Part shown: one piece after another, positions 53,620 through 64,000 of the stretch
Position numbering within the stretch: the stretch's first letter is position 1
Layout of the letters: every line of letters starts with the position of its first letter
Source of the DNA: Octopus vulgaris
Taxonomy: Eukaryota
Assembly: GCA_951406725.2 (NCBI GenBank)
Contig: OX597833.1
Span: 47,492,001 to 47,556,000, forward strand
Direction: 5' to 3'
DNA length: 64,000 nucleotides
Translations under genes and position numbers: made by a program
The notes under the pieces: model-generated
Databases searched by the model: none
Told to the model about the DNA's origin: nothing
What the model saw: the letters and a program-made list of their open reading frames with translations, nothing else

Positions 53620-54198
53620 CTCATACCTAGGAGTAGTTAAGTTGATTACATTGACCCCAGTATTCAACTGGTACTTATTTTATCAACTCCAGAAGGATGA
53701 CAGGCTAAGTCAACCTCAGGAGAATTTGAACTCAGAATGTAAAGACAGATGAAATACCTCTTAGCATTTCACCCGGTGTGCTAACAATTTTTTTCTACTC
53801 TAGGCAAAAGGCCCAAAATTTGGTGGGAGGAGGCCAGTTGATTAGATTGAACTCAGTATGCAACTGGTACTTACTTTACTGACCCCAAAAGATGAAAGAT
53901 AAAGTTGACCTCGGTGGAATTTGAACTCAGAACGTAAAGACAGATGAAATACCTCTTAGCATTTCACCCGGTGTGCTAACGATTGTTTTCTACTCTAGGC
54001 ACAAGGCCCAAAATTTTGGGGTAGGAGGCCAGTTGATTAGATTGAACCCAGTATGCAACTGGTACTTACTTTATCAACCCCAAAGGGATGAAAGGTAAAG
54101 TCGACCGTGGCAGAATTTGAACTCAGAACACAAAGACAGATGAACTACCGCTAAGCATTTTGCCCAGCATGCTAACATTTCTGCCAGCTTGCCACCTT
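53620..54198 (-). mobile_element. Family-B-related SINE chain, three units, different junction
   Basis: Units of about 195 bp joined tail-to-head at gagtagaaaa…aat(c/t)gttagcac. Confidence 0.75.
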
Positions 54199-54415
54199 AT
54201 TTATTTGACATCTGATTTAATTATTATGCTTTTAAATTTAAGAACTGATTATATAAGTGCTGGTGTAGCTGAGTGGTTAGAAGCTTGCTTCTTAACCATG
54301 TATTCTTGAGTTCAGTCTCACTGTATGGTACCTTTGGCAAGTGTCTTCTACTGTAACCCTAAACTGACCAAATCCTTGAGTGGATTTGGTAGATGGAAAC
54401 TGAAAGAAGCCCAAC

Positions 54416-54459
<44 letters not shown>

Positions 54460-54845
54460 TGTGTGGTGTGTATCCCTTATCTTAACATCACAGGATGGTT
54501 GTAAACGAGCATCACCATCATACAAGCGATGTAGTGCATTTCCATTCTTCTTTGGAAGTCACGTTTGGCCAGGGGAAGTTTTACCTTGCTTGGGAACAGT
54601 TGGTGAGAGGAAAGGTATCCAGCTGTAGAAAATCTGCCCCAATAAACTCCATTTGATCCATGCAAGCATAGGAAAATGGATATTAAACAATGAGGATGAT
54701 TCACATTTTTAGTTGTGTCTGCCCTTGTATTTGGGTGCTTGTACATTTTAGTGTATGAGTATTTAATATCATATACTACATTACTACATTATGTTAATGG
54801 GTAGGTTTATTTTCATGCAGCTATATTTATGTATGTATATTATAT

Positions 54846-54881
<36 letters not shown>

Positions 54882-56131
54882 ATATATATATATAATATAT
54901 ATATATAATATATATATAATGTCCAACCCATGCTAGCATGGAAAATGGACGCTAAATGAATATATAATATATATACCCATACACATTGTCAAATTGGAGT
55001 GCTGTGACTATTGGGAAGGAACAAACAAAACATGGGTTAAATTGAATTAAAACTGAGTATATATTAAAAACAAAAAAAAACAACAAAAAGTAGAATGTCA
55101 AAACAAATAGGGGAAAGCAAAAAACATAACATAAAAGCAACATTCAAAAACAGAATGAAAAAAAATAGATAAATCTCAAGGGATAATGAAAATTAAACTA
55201 CATCAAGCAAACAGTACTACAGTGGTAACTATATGATATTATATATATATATATGTATATATATATATAATACTACAGAGTAAAAAAAATTTAACAAGCA
55301 AAAACAAACAACCTACAAAACTAAAATAAAATCACTGTGTTAGATACACCATAAGCAATATTATTTAGGATTACAGCATGACAGATTACATTTCAGTTTT
55401 TAATCCAAGAATAAATTTGGAGAAGCAAATGAAAAGGCAAGAAGCTAAGCAAGCTAAAAATTGAAAATGAAAAAGTTTCAAAAGGGAATGATATTTTCTT
55501 TTTCGTACCACATATGTTAAAATTAAAATAAAGTCTGGTTACACGCAATTGAAGAAAAGTTTAAATTAAGATAGTCATCTATGTCTCATACTTAATGTAA
55601 TATTACAGTAACTAGTGTATCATGAATGTGTATGCATTAAGTATGATACATAGATGGCTATTTTAAAATAAAATAATTTTTTTTGTTTTTGTTTTTTTTT
55701 AATAAATATTTCTGAGTGCTCAATGCTATTAGGGCTGAGCTTTTGCTTACCCATTTTTCTATTCCATAAATAGTAATAAATAATCTTTAGTCGTTGTATA
55801 GAACTTTGTATTTGATACTGTGTTCGTTGATTGAAATCTATTAATGCAGTTTGTGAAATACTTGAGAGAATATTTGTCAATCATCACTGCTACAAGAACT
55901 ATTGCATATCAGAATAGAATTTCATCCTTATTTCAGTTGATGCCAAAAATGATGCCCCTACTGTTGTAACTAGATTATATATATATATCTATAATTAATA
56001 TGAAATAAAATGAAATAGAGAAAAAATATAAATTGATGGGAATTTAATTCTCTATAATAAAACCATACCCTTAAAAATATTTTATGATGCACACACCTAT
56101 ATAGATATACATATATGTCACCATATTTCTT

Positions 56132-56239
56132 TCCATAATGGCCACCTCTGAAGAGTGCAGGGTTACATAATCGCACTGTTATCTTACATTCCGTTGAACC
56201 CTTTGTGTGAAACTGATTGGTAAGATCGGCCATTATGGA
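56132..56239 (+). ncRNA. Candidate extended type I hammerhead ribozyme
   Basis: 12-bp perfect outer stem tccataatggcc/ggccattatgga; CUGAAGA at 56148-56154; stem II GUGCAGGGUU/AACCCUUUGUGU; GAAA at 56209-56212; short stem III; GUA at 56220-56222. Confidence 0.6.
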
Positions 56240-57143
56240 TATATAGTACTGTACACTTCAATTAATATATTTATATATATACATACATTCATACATACAT
56301 ACACATATGCATGCATACAGACATTCAAGTATGCATATGTATACAGTCAAATATCCATACACACACACACATACATTCTTGAATGCTGTCAACTGACTTT
56401 TGTGTTTATGACTACCTTTTCTGCTCCCTCTTCTTTTCTTTCTAAAATGTAGAGCTTTAAAGGGTTGCACCCCACAGTGATAAAGATATACACAGTATCA
56501 CAAGATCGTGACTCCACATACCACGACACCAACAGCTCTTCGACAGAAGATACTGCTACTTGGATGGAGTTAGCAGCTCTACAGATGTGAAACTTTCTTT
56601 CTAAATCAATAAGGAAGAAAACACAAGTACAAACATGCATATACATACATACACACATGCCTGTACATCTAATAAAATAATTTAACAGAGAAAAATATAA
56701 ACGATATTTCTGTAAGAGAGTACATAGATAGGTTTCAACACAAGGAGCACTTGTGGAAAATTCTTATCAAAAACTCCTATTGTGTTCTAACATAACACAC
56801 ATGATATAAGGTCTTTAGGATACAAAAGCAAGTAAATTACTAAAGAAAAAAAATGAAGAATATTTATACAAAACAGCTCTGAAACTTACAGCTCTATTAA
56901 ATCAATTATATCTGTAAGTAATGGTGGACTCAGCTACCTTATGGAATGTCTTAGAGTTAGTCATGAAAAATAAGAAAAGCTGCAGCTCTCAGCCAAAGAA
57001 AGTTACCAGCTGACATGCACTTTGCAAATGCAATCTGAAAGCGGAACAGAAAAAGTATACAAGACACTTCTAAGTTCAATGAGAAACTTCACTTGAAGGG
57101 TTTTGTTCCATTGTTAGCAAGAAAGAATTGAAAACACACACAC

Positions 57144-57175
<32 letters not shown>

Positions 57176-58058
57176 AATAAGGGCTAAAGAAAAATTTTCT
57201 TTGCCAATATGCTGAAAAATAGACAGTAGATCATCTAGCCACATAATATTCACTTATATTATTACACTACATGTTGAAACGAGGAAAGCAAGCTAACAGA
57301 AATTCATAAAACTATAGTTATCTCCAAATCGATTCTGATTTCTGGATTAATCCAAAAAGGATTCTTCCTTCATCAACAAGGAACACAAAATGAAAATAGA
57401 TAAAATACTTAGACATACCCACGGGAAAGCAGATGCCATGTCATGAATACATTTAAACACCCAAAATATATCCAAATAGAAATTCCGTAGCAAACCTTGA
57501 CACAAGTGTAGTCAGTCAGGAAACACAAGTGGTTAACTAGTCTCTAAGTGAATGAGAATTAATTTACTTCTAATCATCATCATCATCATCGTTTAATGTT
57601 CACTTTCCATGCTAGCATGGGTTGGACGATTTTGACTGAGGGCTGGCAAGCCAGATGGCTGCACCAGGCTCCAACTGCACAGATGCTTTTACATGGCACC
57701 ACATAGGTGCTTTTACGTGGCACCCCCACAAGTGCTTTACACAACCAGAAAGATTGGCCTTAACACATCTGCTGTGGGGTATGAGTCTTCTTGAGTATGG
57801 TCAGGTATCTCAGTCCATTGTCATCTTGCCTGAAAGGTTCGGCTTCCTGAAGTCGTTCTTCAGTACTTCATCCTATGTTTTCTGGATCTCCCACTTCCAT
57901 GTGTTCCATCCTATTTGAGAGATCAGCTCTTCTTTATGGAGCTGTTGGCATCCATCCATATTGCAAGAAAACATCCATAAACTAGAAACCCCTAAACTAG
58001 ACTTAACCTTACAAAAATTTGAACCCCAATGAAGGACAATTCAATTCAATTTTTACTA

Positions 58059-58502
58059 GCTCAAAAAGCAAAAGCAAGGCCATGTAGGGGGACAGGGAGT
58101 TATGTACAGGGAGGGTGGTCATACAAAGAGTTCAGGCCATTTCTGGTCAAGAGAGACTTTGAACCGAGCGGTCGTCGGCATCTTCACTATCTCGTCCAGC
58201 AGCTTATTCCACGGATCAGCAACCTGGACGGAGAAAGCCCTTCTCCTTCAATTGAGATGAAATCGTCGTAGATAGAGCTTTTCAGAGTGACCCCGCAGCC
58301 CATGCTCTGGAGCAGGAGTGAAGAACAGCTCTTTCGAGAGGTTACACTTTCTGCTTATGATGTTGTGAGTGAGAATGAGATCACCATGGCGTCGTCATTT
58401 TTCAAGAGAATAAAGGTCGAGCGTCTTCAGCCTTTCTTCATAAGACAAATACTTGAGACCAAGAACCATGCTGGTAGCCAGCTTCTGGACTCTTTCGAGA
58501 CA
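58059..58502 (-). mobile_element. CR1-clade LINE 3' end (5'-truncated)
   Basis: [41 protein letters not shown]…LRGHSEKL…AFSVQVADPWNKLLDEIV…FKVSLD. Confidence 0.9.
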
Positions 58503-58953
58503 ATCTCACAATGGTGATGTCTGGTATAGTATATACAAAAAGAAACTAGCATAAACCAAAAAACCAAAAACTTCTAAATAAGTTTAAAACCTATGAGAAC
58601 TAGAATTTCAATAAAGGACAACTTAGAACTACGAGAACGCAAGATACAAAAGATTCACAGTTAACAAGCACATCAAACACGCGCATCTATCATCAGCTGC
58701 TTAATAGATATCATTGTAGTCTTGACACCTGGGCAGAACCACTCAATCCAGTGATGCCAACTGTGCTAAAAACATAAACGATTGCCTGAGAATTAATAAA
58801 CACAAAATGAGAGTGAAGCATTGAATTATTAGAGTATGTCCATTTTTTCAACACCTGCTTATTGTTACAAATAGAAATATCAAATCTCAAACATAAACCT
58901 TTATATAACTATAGCTATGAAGCACAGAAACTTTAAAATATACATAGTATATA

Positions 58954-59391
58954 TCGGGTTGAGTCAAAAGTTTTTTCAGATTTTCACAGATATCTTTTGG
59001 CAACCAAGTTATATATTATTCTCTTTCTCTTTTGTTTCATTCGTTTGACACACTGTTAATGTGACCAAGTACAAACTCAAGGAACACAAGGGGGCTGGAA
59101 GTGCTGCGTCACTCTGCCTATAGTCCAGACCTTTCACCATCATATTACCACCTTTCCTGATCCATGGCACATGTCCTGCATGGACTAAGGTTCAACAATG
59201 TAGATGAGGTTGAAAACAGGTGCAGAGAGTCTTTTGCCTCTAAACCAGCCAAATGGTATAAGCATGGAATTGAGCTTCTGGCAACAGACAATAGAATATG
59301 ATGGGATATATTTTGATGAATAAATGCTTTTTGTATGTAATTTATATGCACTATTCATTAAAGCCCAAAATGAAAAATAACTTTTGACTTG

Positions 59392-59392
<1 letters not shown>
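58954..59392 (+). mobile_element. Deleted mariner element
   Basis: Partial TIRs (gagtcaaaagtt / aacttttgactt); remnant EVLRHSAYSPDLSPSYYHL…FASKPAKWYKHGI. Confidence 0.8.
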
Positions 59393-59450
<58 letters not shown>

Positions 59451-59453
<3 letters not shown>

Positions 59454-59750
59454 AGGCGCAATGGCCCAGTGGTTAGGGCAGCAGACTCACGGTCATAGGA
59501 TCGCGGTTTTGATTCCCAGACTGGGCGTTGTGAGTGTTTATTGAGCGAAAACACCTAAAGCTCCACGAGGCTCCGGCAGGGGGTGGTGGTGATCCCTGCT
59601 GTACTCTTTCGCCACAACTTTCTCTCATTCTTTCTTCTGTTGGCCTGCTCGCTTAGCCAGCGGGGAGGCGTCATTTGAAGGCTAAAACAATGCGAAGTGC
59701 ATTGTGACCAGCGATGTGTAGCAACATCTGATAGCCTCGTCAGTCAGGGT
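59451..59750 (+). mobile_element. tRNA-derived SINE family C
   Basis: Head nearly identical to 5711-5890. Confidence 0.8.
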
Positions 59751-60607
59751 GGTATATATTTATATATAGGGAGAGAGAGAGAGAGAGAGAGAGAGTGAGA
59801 GAATTGTGATGTAGTGCTTCTGTTATTTCATTCATGTTGCCCATGCTTGTACTGTTAAATATAAGTATCACTATATATACACACATATACACACACATAC
59901 AGAAATTAGGTTAAGAAAATGAACTTTAGTTTCAGACATTGCTTTGTGAGCTGTCTGTAAAGTTTATTATATACAAGGTCAAGATATCTCATCAGGACCA
60001 GAGCTACCTTGTAAATTTTTCTATTGCCATCAACAAGGTAGTGGTACTCAGTACATTTACATCTCAACAAGGAAAAACTGTTTCGACCAACTATATTACT
60101 TTTTCCGCCACCTGTTTCAATGCCAATATAATTTATGACCTGGAACACACCCAACACACTTACAAGAAGAAAAATTGCACATTTAATTAGCTTCAACTTA
60201 TTTGATCAGTTTAACTCTCTCGATACCAATCTACCTGAAACCATCCTTGTTTCTATAATGCCCTAAGGAGTCCCCCCTCTACTAAACACCAGGATACAAC
60301 AAAAGACTACATTTGTTGCTTTGAACAATGCTCAATGTTTGTGAAAGCAGACCTGGAGTAGAGAGAGGATGTCGTTGATAAGATTGTGAATGGTGACAGA
60401 AGAATTTTTGACAAACCTAGCTGTTTGACTGATTGTAAAAGTTTACCCTAATCTTTACTGTCTTGAGTCCTAGGATCATAGGGCTGGTTAACCAGTTTCC
60501 ATGGCATATAAGTGATTGAGATCACATTCCCCCTAGACAAGATGCCAGTTCTTTGCAGGATTACTCATTTACAGCTGAGTGGATTAGAGTTATGTGAAAT
60601 GATAGGT

Positions 60608-60825
60608 TTTACTCTTTACTCGTTTCAGTCATTTGACTGTAGCCATGCTGGAGCACCACCTTTAGTTGAGCAAATCTACCCCAGAACTCATTTTTTGTAA
60701 GCCTAGTACTTATTCTATCAGTCTCTTTTGCCGAACCGCTAAGTTACGGGGATGTAATCACACCAGCATCGGTTGTCAAGTGATGTTGTGGGGACAAACG
60801 CAGACACACAAACATATACACACCT

Positions 60826-60856
<31 letters not shown>

Positions 60857-61018
60857 CACGATGGGCTCCTTTTAGTTTCTGTCTACCAAATCCACTCACA
60901 AGGCTTTGGTTGGCCTGAGGCTATAGTAGAAGACACTTGCCCATGGTGCCACGCAGTGGGACTGAACTTGGAACCATGTGGTTGGTAAGCAAGCTACTTA
61001 CCACACAGCCACTCCTGT
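60608..61018 (-). mobile_element. SINE family A
   Basis: Reverse-complement match to 445-910. Confidence 0.85.
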
Positions 61019-62313
61019 GATTTCACTCAAGAATATAATGCACCACCCAGTCTGGGAACTGAAACCTCAACACTGCAATCACAGGTGCCTTCACTTGTTG
61101 CTTTATTGACCAAATGATTAATCAAGCAATTGATTAGTTAAGTGATTAAATGTCAACAAATTAATTAATAATAACAGTAATAAAAGAAAAACAGAAGCAG
61201 GGCGTGCATTTATTATTGGCGTATTGACCTTCCCGAGATGCAATAAAAATACTTTATAAAAAATATTACAGCAATAACCCCAGTCAAATAAATGTATATT
61301 CTATTTCCTATTACTACATTATTACCATATTCTATTGTGATAAGCACATCTATTCTCTGTAATTGTTGATCACTTATTCTTACTGACATTTGAGTAGATC
61401 CACTAATTCTACAGATGTCTATCGCAGCACTAACAAGTCATTCCATTACTGTCACTATTATTTGATTTCTTCACTACTGCAGTAATATTAGATTACAATC
61501 TTTGCTTAACTTGTTATATTATAAACTCTATTCTGAAAGCTCAAACCTTAATATTTGATTCTATTTTACTTAAGTTGTTTAGTAACAAAACAATGCTTCA
61601 TGATTCTTTGACATCACTTTCATCAGTTTTCAATCAGTATAAACACATTGGCAATTGTTTCTACAAAACTCTTGTGTTAATACTCCCATCAAAGTATACT
61701 GAGAACTTGTAATCTGCAGTCAAGCACTAGAATTTGATGCCACAGATTCATTCCTAAAAAAGAGGAAAGCAAAAGGGATAGATCAAGGGTTCAGGATAAA
61801 GCAACTTTATGGGTTTAAAAATAGGGTAAATTGGGGTTTCAGCTTGAGCTATAAAGGTTTGTATCCATGAGAATTTTTATTCATCATTACTACCTTTACA
61901 ATGATTCTTAACACCATTCTTAAAATTTTTTTTTACATGAAACCAATCTTAAAAGCAGGTAAATACTTACCAATATTTTCAAACTAGGTTGAGTGCAAAC
62001 AAGGTGAGGGTAATAACAGCATATATAATCTGAAGCATTATAAATATTATCAAATTTATGCTTTGCAATTTGACTAAAAAAGCAAGTGAAAACATTTACT
62101 TTTGGAATGTCATTATTATTCAAATGATTTCTTTTCAATAAAAAAAAATACAAAATGTAGTTTGAGAAATACTTAGCTTCTAAAATGAAATATAAAAAAA
62201 AAGATTACACACATCATCTTTACTATAACAGTTGTTTTAGATAAACTATTATGATACAGATTTTAGTCACCGATACTGGTCTCTGCTACAAAACAAGAAA
62301 TTATGTACATTAA

Positions 62314-62533
62314 CCCTTTCGTTACCAACCCGGCCAAAACCGGCTCTGGCTCTGAGTTCAAATATCTTATTTTCATAAGTTTTGACTTAAAATCTTCCAT
62401 CAAACCTTAGTCACAATTTATGTTTGTAACACTCGCTTAATGATAACTAAGTTATTTTACTAAATTCTTTATTATATTTAAAGTAATTGAAAGAAACACA
62501 GAGCATCTCAAAATAAATACAGTAACGAAAGGG
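62314..62533. mobile_element. piggyBac-like MITE
   Basis: TTAA TSD on both sides; TIRs ccctttcgttac / gtaacgaaaggg; relatives at 22675-22932, 24031-24350 and 37368-37460. Confidence 0.85.
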
Positions 62534-63260
62534 TTAAAGTATAGTTGAGAAAATGCAGTCCAAGCAGTAGAGAATGTATACATGTACAAATATAATACCT
62601 AGAGACTATTAGAGAACACACTATTTGGAAAGTGATGTTGGCAAAAAATAATGAATTTAATGATCTGATTAATTAGGCCTATGTATATATATATATATAT
62701 AGGCCTATATATATTTATTATATATATATATATATCTATATATATATATGTATATGTATACATATTAAATGTAGAAAATTATATAGGATAAAAGAGGGTG
62801 TTCCCAATGAGGACCCAACAGAAGGACTAGCCATTCTAGAAGACACAATGAGGGGTAAAGCAATTAAGCAGATGAAGATAGGGAAAAGCCCTTGTCAGGT
62901 CAGGTCAGATGTGGGGGAATGCACCATTGCAGTGGATTGCTGCATTCACCATTTGTTGGTATATTTCTGGGTCCTCCCAGGCAATCCATCAAGCAAAATC
63001 TCAGTTAGTCCCCATCTTTGCAAGATACCTCTCATCTGCCATGATTACGTGGGATGTGGTTGGTCAACACAAACTGACAACCCAGGCAGATCCTCAATGA
63101 AGGGAACATGGTAAACAGGATCTAACATGGCCAAACAGTCTGAGCTGGTGCTCCTGAACCATACAAGTAACAGGACACATCCCAGTTTCTGAGTATAGTC
63201 ATTAGTCGGATAATAAATCTGACAAATGATAACCCATAATACTGCAACGTGTACAGGTAC

Positions 63261-63494
63261 TTATTTCTTTATTACCCACAAGGGGCTAAACATAGAGGGG
63301 ACAAACAAGGATAGACATAGATATTAAATCGATTACATCGACCCCAGTGCATAACTGGTACTTAATTTATCGACCCCGAATGGATGAAAGGCAAAGTCGA
63401 CCTCGGCGGAATTTGAACTCACAACATAATGACAGACGAAATACCACTAAGCATTTCGCCCGACATGCTTACATTCCTGCCAGCTCACCACCTT
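63261..63494 (-). mobile_element. Family-B SINE monomer with TSD, inserted in RTE-like LINE debris
   Basis: TSD tgtacaggtac at 63250-63260 and 63494-63504. Confidence 0.8.
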
Positions 63495-64000
63495 GTACAG
63501 GTACCAAAGGAGTTCAGGAGGACTGTAAGGGCTCCAAGCTGTATCCATGTCTCGTCACTATAGTGCAGGACAGAGAGATGCTTAAAATGTCTTTTGGAGT
63601 AGATTGCAGCCAAATCACTAGCAAAGTCAACAGGAAGATGTCACACTCAGTGACTGATAAAGCAGAGTAATAATAATTTCATATTGTTGGATCAGGTCAT
63701 GAAAATTACAGAGAGTGTTATAGCACAAGTGATTAGGAAGAGGATTAGAAGTTCAGTTTTGTGCCAGAAAAAAGTGCCAGAACTGGTGTCATGTAAAAGC
63801 ACTTGTGCCAGTGAATATTAGCAGAATTAGAAAAAAATTGCAAGTGTGGAAGCAAAACCTGGAATTAAATGGTTTCAAATTCAACTTAGCAAAGATTAAA
63901 GTTTTAGTAAATAGAAAAAAACAGATAGGTCTCTGCTACCATCAGAGAAATAACCTTGCTAAACATGTATAAAAGGAGTAGATAGAATTTCTGTACAATG

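Noticed and set aside
57325-57380. Minus-strand hammerhead
   Set aside because: Core reads UUGAUGA and stem I does not pair; counted only as a decayed relic.
59915-60005. Minus-strand CUGAUGA…GAAAC motif and ORF 59906-60196
   Set aside because: No stem I pairing, and the ORF has no recognisable homology.
61690-61753. Strong minus-strand splice acceptor at 61754
   Set aside because: All three frames stop within about 22 codons and there is no clear donor, so it cannot be supported as coding.

Overview
Repeat-dense, AT-rich eukaryotic DNA; the SINE repertoire and long (TA)n/(CA)n tracts point to an octopus (cephalopod) genome (inference). The only host gene I can support is the 3' half of a minus-strand SLC16/monocarboxylate-transporter-like MFS gene: four phase-1-linked exons at 40275-39874, 38606-38427, 37261-37136 and 32389-32163. 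Its 5' exons were not identified. The rest is transposon debris: Helitrons, mariner/Tc1 elements, hAT elements, 8-bp-TSD and piggyBac MITEs, R4/Dong, CR1 and RTE LINE fragments, several tRNA-derived SINE families, and a 23 x 29-bp minisatellite. Most ORFs in the track are microsatellite or SINE artefacts. Three signals stand out. (1) At least seven hammerhead-ribozyme-like motifs occur: six minimal Penelope-type motifs, one of them in a tRNA-headed SINE-like element, and one extended type I fold at 56132-56239. All intact copies in the presumed intron are antisense to the host gene. (2) One SINE family repeatedly inserts into the anticodon arm of its own relatives, building chains with one fixed junction. 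(3) There are several long foldback structures. All ribozyme and mechanism calls come from reading and pairing by eye and are untested; SINE and LINE boundaries are approximate.
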